Assembly: GCA_965206595.1 (NCBI GenBank)
Contig: OZ242214.1
Span: forward strand, 5,120,001 to 5,184,000
DNA: 64,000 nt
Origin: Candidatus Latescibacterota bacterium
GTDB lineage: Bacteria > Latescibacterota > UBA2968 > UBA8231
Direction of reading: 5' to 3'
Shown here piece by piece: positions 38,654 to 50,756 of this stretch. Both the position numbers and the translations under genes were made by a program. The notes below the pieces were generated by a model, which was not told where the DNA came from, did not search any database, and saw only the letters and a program-made list of their open reading frames with translations. Positions within the stretch are counted from its first letter, which is position 1; each line of letters starts with the position of its first letter.

Positions 38654-39220
38654 CTAGCCGCTCCCCGCCGTCTGTCCATCAGCCGCATCCCCTTCGGCGA
38701 CGGTTTCGACCGCGGGTTCCGGATCCGCGTCCCCCTTCTCCTCTTCCGGTGACTCGACCCGGGTTTGGACTTCGCCCCCTTCCCGGGATGTGGCCGGTGC
38801 CGGACCGCGGCGCTCGCTCCCGTCGCGGTCGCGGCGGCCGCGGCCATATCGCTGCCCTCCGCGATCTTCACGGGTAAAGATGTAGACGTTCTCGGGAGCG
38901 AGCTGGGGCACCCGTAGAAAATCCCCGGTAACGGCGACGACAAGGTGCCGCAGCACGGAATCGTCGAGCTTGAGACCTTGCTGGATCTGGTCAACCAACC
39001 CGGCTTCCGCCGTGAACTGGAAGAGCGCAAAGTATCCCTGTTGCCGCCGCTTGAATCCGACGGAGCTGTAGGCAAGCTTGCGCAGTCCCCAACGATCCAC
39101 CGCGGCGACCTCTGCTCCACCGGATTTCAGCAGACCTTCGTATTTCTCTATCAGTGCTTCGAATCCGCTGTCTCCTGCCTGCGGATCGAAGACACAGGTC
39201 AGTTCGTATTTCCTTGTCAT
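38654..39220 (-). CDS. rpsF: 30S ribosomal protein bS6 with a long C-terminal tail
   Basis: RKYELTCVFDP, WGLRKLAY, GYF, VLRHLVV. Confidence 0.93.
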   Translation of the reverse strand: MTRKYELTCVFDPQAGDSGFEALIEKYEGLLKSGGAEVAAVDRWGLRKLAYSSVGFKRRQQGYFALFQFTAEAGLVDQIQQGLKLDDSVLRHLVVAVTGDFLRVPQLAPENVYIFTREDRGGQRYGRGRRDRDGSERRGPAPATSREGGEVQTRVESPEEEKGDADPEPAVETVAEGDAADGQTAGSG

Positions 39221-39263
39221 GACATCACCGCTTTCTTGGCTCTGCTCTTTTTGGCGTCGTTTC

Positions 39264-41321
<2,058 letters not shown>

Positions 41322-41368
41322 AGACCTCCCGACTCCGAAAATTGAGTAAGCCCTGACAGCCGCCGTTT

Positions 41369-41968
41369 CTACAGCGGTGGGCAACCGTTATAGCGATTCA
41401 TCGCCACGTCCAACCCGTCCCTCACACAGCTCTCGACGGCGCTACAGGCGCGATCGAGGAGGGCAGCTACAGGTTCGTTGCCGGCGAATTCAGTCAGCAC
41501 GAAATCGATGTCGTCCTCACCGGTGACCGGACCGATCCCAAGCCGCAACCGGGGAACAGCCTCCGTCCCCAATGCCCCCAGAACGGAGGCCAAGCCGTTA
41601 TGCCCTCCGTCGCTGCCTCCGCGCCGCAAGCGAATTCGCGAAAACGGTAAGGTAAAATCGTCGCAAACGACCAGTACTTGCCCGGGACCGACGGTCTCCT
41701 GCCACCGCAATCCGGATAGGGCATCGCCGCTCCGGTTCATGTAGGTTTGCGGTTTCAACAGAGTGACCTTTCCGGTGCCCAGCGGGACCTGCGCAGTTTT
41801 GCCGACCTGCCCGGTCCGCCAGCGCTCACCGAACTCTTCCACAAGACGATCGACAACCATGAATCCGATGTTGTGCCGGGTAGCCGCGTGTCGTGAGCCC
41901 GGATTGCCGAGCCCGACCACGATACGGATGTGGGCTTCGAGAAGCTCAGGAGTTGTGGTCTCCTTCAT
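41369..41968 (-). CDS. pth: Peptidyl-tRNA hydrolase
   Basis: [37 protein letters not shown]. Confidence 0.96.
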   Translation of the reverse strand: MKETTTPELLEAHIRIVVGLGNPGSRHAATRHNIGFMVVDRLVEEFGERWRTGQVGKTAQVPLGTGKVTLLKPQTYMNRSGDALSGLRWQETVGPGQVLVVCDDFTLPFSRIRLRRGGSDGGHNGLASVLGALGTEAVPRLRLGIGPVTGEDDIDFVLTEFAGNEPVAALLDRACSAVESCVRDGLDVAMNRYNGCPPL

Positions 41969-42638
41969 CTGTCTGGTCGCCCTCCCCTGCTTCCGGACCT
42001 TCCTCTTCGAGCGCCTCCTCGTCCTCGACGGACTCTTCGTCGATGGTCAGACGCGGCGACAGCACGCTGACTATGGTGATGGCGGAATCCGTCGTGATCC
42101 TGCTGTCCTGCTCCAGGAGATCGCTTACGTGAATGCTGCCGCCTATGTCGAGCTCGGAGATGTCGAGCTCGACACGGGATGGCAGTTCGGAAGCCAGGCA
42201 AACCATTTCCAATCGCTGCAGGGAATGCTGCACGGCGCCACCGCCGACATGCACCCCTACCGGGTCCCCCAGCGTGGAAATCGGCACCTCGACACGCAAG
42301 TGCTCTTCCAGATCGATTCTCAGCATGTCGACGTGCAGTATATCCCCTGTGACTTTGTGATACTGGATCTCGCGGACCACGGCCGGGCCACTCGTCCCGT
42401 TGCCGTTCATCTGCAGCAGAAAGACGGCGTTCTGCCCACCCTTGCTCAGTGCACGTTCGAGAGAGAGGGTCGAAACCTTGAAGGGTACCGGCTCCTGGTT
42501 ATGGCCGTAGACGATTCCGGGAAGCTTTCCGGCCTCTCGCCGCAACCGGCCAACGGGACCCTTGCCGCTCTCGGTTCGTTCCTCGATATCCAGCTCGATC
42601 TCGTCGCGCCGATAAATTTGCATCTTGACGGCAGGCAT
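41946..42638 (-). CDS. rplY: 50S ribosomal protein bL25/Ctc
   Basis: RLRREAGKLPGIVYG, VREIQYH, HVD, IGGSIHVSDL, acidic tail. Confidence 0.93.
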   Translation of the reverse strand: MPAVKMQIYRRDEIELDIEERTESGKGPVGRLRREAGKLPGIVYGHNQEPVPFKVSTLSLERALSKGGQNAVFLLQMNGNGTSGPAVVREIQYHKVTGDILHVDMLRIDLEEHLRVEVPISTLGDPVGVHVGGGAVQHSLQRLEMVCLASELPSRVELDISELDIGGSIHVSDLLEQDSRITTDSAITIVSVLSPRLTIDEESVEDEEALEEEGPEAGEGDQTDEGDHNS

Positions 42639-42707
42639 TGATCACTTCTCCCGACTAGATTTTTCGTCCGGGTCGCATTCAACCCGGCACGTGCTACTTG
42701 TGATTTT

Positions 42708-42782
42708 TGGCTGCCCGGCGAGGACTTGAACCTCGATAGACGGAACCAAAATCCGTTGTCCTACCAATTGAACGACCGGGCA
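42708..42782 (-). tRNA. tRNA-Gln (anticodon UUG)
   Basis: TGCCCGG acceptor stem, ACGGA-TT TTG GT-TCCGT anticodon arm, CGAGG-TTCAAGT-CCTCG T-arm, encoded CCA; conserved position after ispE. Confidence 0.95.
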
Positions 42783-42863
42783 GCAAAATGCGGTTTTCTT
42801 TCTCAGGCTCGAACCAGCAGACGGTGGGACTCAGGGGCTCGTCACGGATCTGTGTCTCAGCCA

Positions 42864-43748
42864 CTATTCCCTGGTCCTGCAATGAAAAGACCGGACCCCC
42901 TTTGCCGTCAGCTGCGAATGAGCCGACGCGGCGGCGATCCGGTCGTCGAATATGCCGTAAACGGCGGAGCCGCTACCGGTCAGGGATGCGATTGCGGCCC
43001 CCGCGGCCAGCAGTTGCTCTCTGGTTTCTGCGACGATGGGTTTGGCTCGTTCGACGATCGGTTGGAAGTCGTTCTCAATCAACTCGACCAAGCGATTAGC
43101 ATCGACGCGCCCGCCGCCAAGCGAACCGGCGAATATAGCGTAAGCAGAAACAGGTGTCAATTTGCCGCAGCGCAGGTGTGCATACGCCCACACTGTATCG
43201 ATCGCCACCCCGGGATAGGCGATGACGTACTCGAACCGTTCGCAGGAAACCGGCTCGACGATATCACCGCGCCCCCGCATAACGGCGGTTCCCCCGCGGA
43301 CCAGGAAGGGAACATCCGACCCGAGCGAAGCCCCCCAAGTGGCCAAGGTATCGATACTGGGCTGGACCCCGGTGATCGCGGCCATCCCCCGCAGTACGGC
43401 CGCGGCATCAGCGCTGCCTCCACCGAGGCCGGCACCGATTGGGATCCTCTTTTCGAGATGAATGTGAACAGGCCGGTTATCCCCCTTCATCTTCTCGCGA
43501 CACAGCCTGAGGGCGCGCATCACCAGATTGTCGTCGCTCGCCAGCTCCGAAGCGGAACAACTCATTCCGTCAGAGGAAGCAGCGATGAACTCAAGCCGGT
43601 CGCTGAGATCGACCGTTTGACAGATACTGACCAAGTCGTGGAAGCCATCCTCCCGTTTGCCGAGGATCTTCAAACCCAGGTTGACCTTGGCATTCGCAAT
43701 TTCAACGGAAAGCGGGCCCTTTCCAATTTCTCCAGAATCCCGGATCAC
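42864..43748 (-). CDS. ispE: 4-diphosphocytidyl-2-C-methyl-D-erythritol kinase (start uncertain)
   Basis: AKVNLGLKILGKREDGFH, KRIPIGAGLGGGSADAA, LGSDVPF, LTGSGSAVYG. Confidence 0.95.
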   Translation of the reverse strand: MIRDSGEIGKGPLSVEIANAKVNLGLKILGKREDGFHDLVSICQTVDLSDRLEFIAASSDGMSCSASELASDDNLVMRALRLCREKMKGDNRPVHIHLEKRIPIGAGLGGGSADAAAVLRGMAAITGVQPSIDTLATWGASLGSDVPFLVRGGTAVMRGRGDIVEPVSCERFEYVIAYPGVAIDTVWAYAHLRCGKLTPVSAYAIFAGSLGGGRVDANRLVELIENDFQPIVERAKPIVAETREQLLAAGAAIASLTGSGSAVYGIFDDRIAAASAHSQLTAKGVRSFHCRTRE

Positions 43749-43753
43749 AAAAC

Positions 43754-43782
43754 TTGACCTCCACAAGTACGATCCATATAAT
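43754..43782 (+). promoter_or_regulatory. Sigma70 promoter for the TPR operon
   Basis: TTGACC, 17-bp spacer, TATAAT. Confidence 0.65.
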
Positions 43783-43894
43783 CCGAATTCTCCGCGCTAT
43801 CCACGTTAGTTAATTGTATGCCCTTTCCCCCTGTACGACATCCTTCCGGTTCCATAACAAACCACACAACCGATTGTTTTTTTACAACTTTTTA

Positions 43895-46800
43895 GTGGTT
43901 GTACGGCCCCTGTCACTACCCGGAGGACTCGCCGGGTTGTGCCTTGTCGGTAGTTTATTCGCCACTGCTTCGGGCACTGGGGGCGAGTCCCTTAGGGAAC
44001 GCTCCGACGACGAGTTCGGGCTGGCGCGCAACCTGTTTCGCGACGCCGGCGACTACGGCACCGCCTCCCGGTTGTTCGCGGAGTTCATCCGCAATTACCC
44101 CCACCACCGCAACATGCCCGAAGCCCGGCTGCTTCTGGCGCGGTCATACGCCCGTAGCGGGCGTTGCGAGCAGGCCGTCCCGGCCTATGAGCAGTACCTC
44201 ACGGAGCATCCCGAGCATCTCGGTACGGCAGAAGCGAGGCATGAGCGCGCTGTCTGTTGGGAGGAACTCGGGGAGTTCGCGCGCGCGGCCGAGGCGCACG
44301 AAGAGATCCAGCGATTGTTTCCCGCGGGCGAATTCGCAGTGCCCGCCCTGCTCGATGCAGCGTCCAACTATGCTAGGGCGCTGAACTTGCCGGCTGCGGT
44401 CGCCGCCTACGAGCACCTGATCGCAGAGTACCCCGGCCACCGACTGGCCTCCAGGGCGCGCTTCAACATGGCACGCATCGCCTTCGCCTCGGGCAAGGCC
44501 GATCGGGCGCAGCGGCTGCTCGATCAGATCACCAGCTCGGGCCGGGACACAGAGGCCGTAAAGGACGCCTATCTGCTGACGGGCCGCATCCAGCTCTTTC
44601 TCGGCAAACCCGCCCTGGCCGAGCAGGCCTACGAGGGGCTGCGCAAGCGATACCCCCGCTCCGACCATGCGGACAGCTCCTGGTTCGACCTCGGGGATTT
44701 CGCCATTGGAAAAGGGCAGTTCGACCGAGCGGTCGAAGTTTTCGACCAGGCGCGCAAGCAGGTATCCGATCCCGGGTTGCGTAGGCGGGCGGAGCTTGGA
44801 GCGGCCGAGTCACTGCGTCTCAGGGGCCGTTACAGGGCCGCCCTGAAACACTATCGTCCGCTTGCAGAGGATTCGGAAGCGGGGGACCTGACACGGGCCT
44901 CGGCTCAGCTCGGGGTCGCGGTATGCTATGGCCACACAGACCGCTTCGCCGAAGGGATCGCTTTGTTTCTGGGAATCATTCAACAACCTGCATCCCCCGA
45001 AACCTCCGCTTTTCGGGCCGAGGCCATGAAAGAGTTGGCGGCGCTTTACCGCCGTCGCGGTGATCTGACCCGCTCCGCTACCTGGTTCAGGCACTATCTG
45101 AGCAATGCGGAGGTCCAGGATGCCAGAGCACAGGCACAGGTGCGCCTCAACCTTGCCCAGGTTCTCGATGCGGCAGGGTACAGCAACGACGCGATTGCCC
45201 AGTTCCAGCAGCTTCTGCACACAGATGCAGCTCTTGCGGCACAAGCGCAACTGGGTATGGCACATGCCTACGAGAACGGCGGCCTCCCGGCCTTTGCGTT
45301 GCAAGAGTACCTGACTTTTCTGGAGCGCTTTCCCGCCCACGCGCTGGCTGCAGAGGCGCGCCAACGCGTCGTTTATCTCCGCGGGTTCACCGTTATCGAC
45401 AGGTCCGGCCTGGATCGCGCATTGAGACAGGCCTGGCTGAAGGAACTCGGCGGCGCTCCAAGACAGGCGGTGCGGTTTCACGTGGCCAATTCCCTCAGAG
45501 AATACCACGATTACCCCAATGCTGTTCGCCAGCTGGAGGCATACGTTGCCGACTACCCCGGCGAAGAATCGACCGCGAAAGCCCATTTTTTCCTTGCGGA
45601 CTGTCTGCAGCTGCTGGCGCGTCAGCGTCGGCTCGAGGGACTCGATGACGACGCAGATTCACTGGGGCAAGTTGCCCTCCAGGAGTTTCGCACGCTCGCC
45701 GCTGGCGGGGACGCGCGCTGGCAGCGGCAGGCCCGCTTCCGCCTCCTCGACGCCGATCTGGAGGAAGCTGGAGCAGTCGAACGCGCCCGTCTGCTCGAAG
45801 AGCGGCTGGTCTCGTTCCGGCAAAAGAGTGTGGACCCAGAATTGCTGGCCGCGGCCGAACTGAAACTGGCCGACGCCCTCAGGGCCGCGGGGACGGAAAG
45901 CGACCATTGGCGTGCGGCCCTTGTCGCCTATCAGCGAGCCTTCGGAGAATCGCCAGGAGGAGAACAGGCACCGAGGGCACGTTTCGGGGCCGCTGTAAGC
46001 CGGGCTCGGTTGGGAGAAACCGCAGTTGCCGTCGATTCTCTGGAAGCTCTCCTTGGAGACCTTTCCGGCAGCTCCCTCATCCCTGAGATCCTGTTCGAAC
46101 TCGGCCGGACATTGATGAGCGAATCGAGAATCGTTGAGGGAGTGACCCGTTTCGAAGAGCTGCTGCTGCACTTCCCGGCTTTCCCCGAGCGCCGGGAAGT
46201 GCAGATGGCCCTGGCTTCCGCCCACTTCGAACTCGGCAGCTATCCGGCGGCCATCTCGGTTCTGCGGCAGCTGCAGGAATCAGATCCCCAAGGCGAGGTC
46301 GGCGCCGGCATCCGGCGACAACTCGCTCGCGCCTACGACCGCAACGGCGACGACCGAGCTGCCCTGGAGCTGTACGAACGCCTGTTGTCCACCCATCCAT
46401 CGGCGACCTACGCCGACAGCATGAAGCTGGCGCAGGCCCAGCTGCTTAGGGGACTTGGCCGCTTGGAGGAAGCGATCTCCCTGTTCGACGAGCTTCGCCG
46501 CAGCGCCAATGCAGTAGTGGCTTCTGCAGCTTCACGGGCGGCGGGAGATCTCCATTTCGGGAGCGGGAGTTTTGACCGCGCCTTTGCCGCCTACAAGGCC
46601 GGCCAGGGAGTTACCGTCGATGGCTTGCGAGCGGTCTGCCTGTACAAACTGGGCCGCGTCGACGCGGCCAGGAAGATCGCCGATTCCGTTCTCGACCAGA
46701 TTGTCAAAGGAGATGCATGGTACTGGATCCTCACGCTGGAATCGGGACGGTATTACCTGCGAAACCACAATTTCGGCAAGGCGCTGAAGATCTTTCGTGG

Positions 46801-47632
46801 TGCCGAAAAGCAGGCCGCAAAAACTATCGCCGTCAGTCCGGAATTCGAGATTCCCGACGAGGAGCTGGTCCGAATTACAGCGGACCCGGCAGCGGCTGCC
46901 AGCTATTTCGTCGCCACCGCGCTGTGGGAGCAGAACCTTCGAGAACCGACCGAAGAGCGAGCCGCGCGCGCTTTGGAAGCGCAAGTCCAGTTCACCCTCA
47001 AGCACGGGGAATCGGCGTTCGGCGCCAGCGTCCACCTGCGCCTCGGTCACTACTACCGGGGAGTGCTCAAACAGTTGCTGCCTGCAGCCGGGGCCTTCCG
47101 CCGTGTTGTCGACGGCGCCGGTTCCGACGAAGAAAAGCAGGAAGCGTTCTGGTCACTTCTGCTGTGTTACCGGGGCTTGTTTGAATGGGACGAGGCCCAT
47201 CGCATCGCCAGACGCCTGTTGGAGAAGTATCCCGACCACCCTCGCGCGAATGCCGTGCACCTGGAAATCGGCTACATTCTCAAGGAGAGGGGACAGTACG
47301 GCGAGGCGATCGACTATCTGGAAGATGTTCTCGAGTGGGCTCAGGGGAATGTCGCTGCCCAGGCCCGTTACTACATAGGCGAATCCTTCCAGAGGATGGG
47401 CAGATATCGCGAAGCGATCGAACGCTATTACCGCGTCTCCTTTCACGGATCCGGCGTTTTCGCCGGCTGGATCAACTCCGCCGATTTCAAACGCGCACAG
47501 TGCCACGAAGAACTGGGCGAATACGCGCAAGCGAACAGTATCTACGACCGCATCATCCGACGCGAAGGCAGCGACAGCGAATACGGAAAAATCGCCCGGG
47601 AGGGACTCGAGCGCACAAGCAAGATTCGCTGA
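43895..47632 (+). CDS. Large secreted tetratricopeptide-repeat protein (BamD/CpoB-like repeats); start uncertain
   Basis: Signal-like N-terminus; many repeats of A...F..FI..YP....A..A. Confidence 0.85.
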   Translation: MVVRPLSLPGGLAGLCLVGSLFATASGTGGESLRERSDDEFGLARNLFRDAGDYGTASRLFAEFIRNYPHHRNMPEARLLLARSYARSGRCEQAVPAYEQYLTEHPEHLGTAEARHERAVCWEELGEFARAAEAHEEIQRLFPAGEFAVPALLDAASNYARALNLPAAVAAYEHLIAEYPGHRLASRARFNMARIAFASGKADRAQRLLDQITSSGRDTEAVKDAYLLTGRIQLFLGKPALAEQAYEGLRKRYPRSDHADSSWFDLGDFAIGKGQFDRAVEVFDQARKQVSDPGLRRRAELGAAESLRLRGRYRAALKHYRPLAEDSEAGDLTRASAQLGVAVCYGHTDRFAEGIALFLGIIQQPASPETSAFRAEAMKELAALYRRRGDLTRSATWFRHYLSNAEVQDARAQAQVRLNLAQVLDAAGYSNDAIAQFQQLLHTDAALAAQAQLGMAHAYENGGLPAFALQEYLTFLERFPAHALAAEARQRVVYLRGFTVIDRSGLDRALRQAWLKELGGAPRQAVRFHVANSLREYHDYPNAVRQLEAYVADYPGEESTAKAHFFLADCLQLLARQRRLEGLDDDADSLGQVALQEFRTLAAGGDARWQRQARFRLLDADLEEAGAVERARLLEERLVSFRQKSVDPELLAAAELKLADALRAAGTESDHWRAALVAYQRAFGESPGGEQAPRARFGAAVSRARLGETAVAVDSLEALLGDLSGSSLIPEILFELGRTLMSESRIVEGVTRFEELLLHFPAFPERREVQMALASAHFELGSYPAAISVLRQLQESDPQGEVGAGIRRQLARAYDRNGDDRAALELYERLLSTHPSATYADSMKLAQAQLLRGLGRLEEAISLFDELRRSANAVVASAASRAAGDLHFGSGSFDRAFAAYKAGQGVTVDGLRAVCLYKLGRVDAARKIADSVLDQIVKGDAWYWILTLESGRYYLRNHNFGKALKIFRGAEKQAAKTIAVSPEFEIPDEELVRITADPAAAASYFVATALWEQNLREPTEERAARALEAQVQFTLKHGESAFGASVHLRLGHYYRGVLKQLLPAAGAFRRVVDGAGSDEEKQEAFWSLLLCYRGLFEWDEAHRIARRLLEKYPDHPRANAVHLEIGYILKERGQYGEAIDYLEDVLEWAQGNVAAQARYYIGESFQRMGRYREAIERYYRVSFHGSGVFAGWINSADFKRAQCHEELGEYAQANSIYDRIIRREGSDSEYGKIAREGLERTSKIR

Positions 47633-47802
47633 GAGGTAACCGGCATCCTGCTTTACAGCCGGCAGTCGAATCCAGAATCCATCCTGGCAGGCACCGCAAA
47701 GGCCCGAGTTCGCTGTGCAGGCAGCCGAAGCGGTTCTCACCCCGACAGCTTTTTTTCAGGGGGATTCCTCCGAGGAGGATCGCAGGCGGCAGCAGATTGA
47801 GT

Positions 47803-49326
47803 ATGGCGGGCAAGAGCGAACGCATACTCCTGTTCACGCAGGACCCGCGGATGCGCGACGAAACGACCTCGGCCCTCGACGCCATGCAAGTCGTAGAAGT
47901 CCGAGAGGCTCCGGCATTGAGAAGGCTGCTCGACCGGGGCACCGACCTCGTGATCGTCGACCTCAACCTTCCCAACCGGGCGCTCACCGCAGCCGCCGCG
48001 TTGCTCAGCGACCGGCGCGAACTTCCCGCGCTTATTTTGGCGACCGGAACCGCGGCCCCGTGGCACCGGATATCTCGGGGGAACCCGCTGGAGGAGGTCG
48101 TTCAGGCGCCCGGCAGCCCCGAAGTCCTGCGCCGCCGCGTCCAGGACTTGCTGGAAAAAAGCCGATTCCTGCACGACCGCCTCGTCGGCCGCTCGGAGGC
48201 GATCCGCGAGTTGCGCGATCGCATCCTGTTGATTGCCCCGACACAGGTCACCGTTCTGGTGAGCGGCGAAAGCGGTGTCGGAAAGGATGTCGTCGCCCAG
48301 GCCCTGCACCATTACAGCCCGCGCAGCAAACGGCCGTTCAAGGTGCTGAACTGCGGCGCCATTCCAGAAAACCTGTTGGAAAACGAGCTTTTCGGTCACG
48401 AAAAAGGAGCCTTCACCGATGCACGCACCCGGTACCGGGGCGTTTTTGAGCAGGCCGACAGCGGCACCGTTTTCCTCGACGAAATAGGTGAAATGGCATT
48501 GTCCGCGCAGGTGCGGCTGCTGCGCGTGCTCGAGGAACGGATAATCACCCGCATTGGCGGCGATGCGGCCATCTCGGTCGACGTGCGCGTCATCGCGGCG
48601 AGCAACAAAGACCTGTCGCAGGCAGTGACGGTCGGCGAGTTCCGGCGCGACCTGTACCACCGGCTCAAGGTGGTCGATCTGCACATTCCGCCGTTGCGGC
48701 AGCGCCGCGAGGACATTGCACCCTTGATCGACCACTTTGTCCGCATTCACGGCCGCGATGCTCCCGCCGGTTTCGGCGGTTTTTCCGACGCGGCCATCGA
48801 ACTGCTGACGGAATACGACTGGCCCGGAAACATTCGGGAGGTGCGCAACCTCGTAGAGCGGCTGCTGTTTCTGGGTCCTCCAGGTCAGGTGGAACCCGAA
48901 GATCTGATTCCCCACTTGGAAACCCCTCCCTCCGGGATGCGGCAGTTACCGGTGGCGACCAACAAAACCCCCGATCAGTCCGAGCGAGAGTTGATTTACT
49001 TCGCCCTGCTCGACCTCAAACGAGAAGTTTCCGAGCTGCGGCAGTTGGTCGACGAGCGCCTGGGCAACCGGACGCCGCTTCCTCCGCGACCGATCTACCA
49101 GGTCGATGAAGAGATCAAGGAAGAGTCCGGGATATACGGTCCCGAGTTCGAGACCCCAGAGATCGGGTCTCCTCGGACCGGGGTGCGCCCGCTCAAGGAG
49201 TTAGAACGGGAAGCGATCGAGCAGGCCCTAAAAAGGGTAAACGGCAATCGCAGACAGGCCGCGGAAATGCTCGGGATCGGGTTGCGCACCCTCTACCGAA
49301 AGCTCGTTGAATACCGTCTGAAATGA
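47803..49326 (+). CDS. Sigma54-dependent (NtrC/Fis family) transcriptional activator
   Basis: GESGVGK Walker A, ELFGHEKGAFTDA, FLDEIGE, WPGNIRE, C-terminal Fis HTH; degenerate receiver-like N-terminus. Confidence 0.92.
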   Translation: MAGKSERILLFTQDPRMRDETTSALDAMQVVEVREAPALRRLLDRGTDLVIVDLNLPNRALTAAAALLSDRRELPALILATGTAAPWHRISRGNPLEEVVQAPGSPEVLRRRVQDLLEKSRFLHDRLVGRSEAIRELRDRILLIAPTQVTVLVSGESGVGKDVVAQALHHYSPRSKRPFKVLNCGAIPENLLENELFGHEKGAFTDARTRYRGVFEQADSGTVFLDEIGEMALSAQVRLLRVLEERIITRIGGDAAISVDVRVIAASNKDLSQAVTVGEFRRDLYHRLKVVDLHIPPLRQRREDIAPLIDHFVRIHGRDAPAGFGGFSDAAIELLTEYDWPGNIREVRNLVERLLFLGPPGQVEPEDLIPHLETPPSGMRQLPVATNKTPDQSERELIYFALLDLKREVSELRQLVDERLGNRTPLPPRPIYQVDEEIKEESGIYGPEFETPEIGSPRTGVRPLKELEREAIEQALKRVNGNRRQAAEMLGIGLRTLYRKLVEYRLK

Positions 49327-50756
49327 TCGCCCCTGCGCAAGCATGCGCCACGACCCTTGCGTTGGCGTTTGCCATTACCCCGGCCATGGGACAAGATCCG
49401 GAAGTGGCTGCCAGGGCTCAGCTCGAGAACCTGGGGCAGGCGTTTCGCACGGTCTACGAACGGGCATCGCCCGCCGTCGTGCTGATCCGGACCACTCCCA
49501 GCGCTGTGGCGATCCGCCGCCTGCTGCCTCCATTCCACCCCGAGGTCGAAAAAGATGATTTAAACTGGTTGGCCTCGGGTACGCTGGTAAGTACAGACGG
49601 GTACGTTCTCAGCAATCATCACGTAATCAACGGCGCCGATTCTATCAGTGTCGTTCTGTCTGACCGGCGCGCCTTCCCTGCTACCGTAGTCGGGTCCGAC
49701 TCCCTGATCGACATCTCCGTTTTGAAGATCGAGGCTGAAGGGCTACCGGTGGTCCCTTTCGGTCGCTCGGACGCCCTCCGCATTGGTGACTGGGTTCTGG
49801 CCATCGGCCACCCACTGGGGCTCGGTTCGACCCTCACACACGGAATCGTATCGGCCCTGGGGCGCCAGGCCGAAGTCATTCGGGCGAACTACGCTATCGA
49901 GAGCTTCATCCAGACCAATGCCGTCATCAATCCCGGCAATTCCGGGGGACCTCTGCTCAACCTGGACGGCGAAGTCGTCGGCATCAACACCGCGATCTCG
50001 ACCCGTACCGGCTATTACATAGGATATGGGCTTGCGGTTCCCATCGACCTGGTACAGGAAGCCATGCGCGACATCCTCGAACACGGCCGCACAGTTCACG
50101 GCTATATCGGCATCTCGATGCTGGATGTCGACCAATCCCTGGTCGAGCGCGCCGGTTTGCAGAGTCCCGTTCCGCGTGGGGTCTTCATCAACAGCGTCGA
50201 CGGGGACTCTCCCGCCGCGGCTGCCGGGTTACTGCACGGCGATGTGGTGCTCGCGCTCGACGAACGAGAGGTAAACGTCAGCAACGAAGTCCAGACCCTG
50301 ATTTACGCCCGCGATCCCGGTGACCGCGTTTCTCTGACCATCGTCCGGGATGGGGATACCTTGTCCATCCCCGTGATTCTCGGGGAGCCTGAACGGGACC
50401 GCCTGCTGGCGGAAGGGAAGCGGCGACTGTCTCAGCTCGGCATTGTGGTCGGACCGCTGTCACCCGAGCGTGCCGAGCAACTCGGGTTCACACGCAAAAT
50501 TGCCGGTGACCTCGGGTTCGTCAACGGCGAAGAGGCAGTTGCCGTGCTCGAGATCGACGCCCACGGGCCAGCGGCCTCGAAAGGGATTCGACAATTCGAC
50601 ATCATTACTGAAATCGACAGGGAACGGGTCGTCTCCGCCGAAAACCTTCTTGAAGTGGTCTCGGTGCTGGAAGCGGAGAAGTCGGCTCTGTTCTGGATCT
50701 GGCGGGCAGGCCGAGGCATCGACGTCCGCGCCTTTAAAATCCAGGACAATCGATGA
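49323..50756 (+). CDS. HtrA/DegP-like serine protease with PDZ domains
   Basis: SNHHV, DISVLKI, INPGNSGGPL, two PDZ-like regions, signal peptide. Confidence 0.93.
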   Translation: MIAPAQACATTLALAFAITPAMGQDPEVAARAQLENLGQAFRTVYERASPAVVLIRTTPSAVAIRRLLPPFHPEVEKDDLNWLASGTLVSTDGYVLSNHHVINGADSISVVLSDRRAFPATVVGSDSLIDISVLKIEAEGLPVVPFGRSDALRIGDWVLAIGHPLGLGSTLTHGIVSALGRQAEVIRANYAIESFIQTNAVINPGNSGGPLLNLDGEVVGINTAISTRTGYYIGYGLAVPIDLVQEAMRDILEHGRTVHGYIGISMLDVDQSLVERAGLQSPVPRGVFINSVDGDSPAAAAGLLHGDVVLALDEREVNVSNEVQTLIYARDPGDRVSLTIVRDGDTLSIPVILGEPERDRLLAEGKRRLSQLGIVVGPLSPERAEQLGFTRKIAGDLGFVNGEEAVAVLEIDAHGPAASKGIRQFDIITEIDRERVVSAENLLEVVSVLEAEKSALFWIWRAGRGIDVRAFKIQDNR

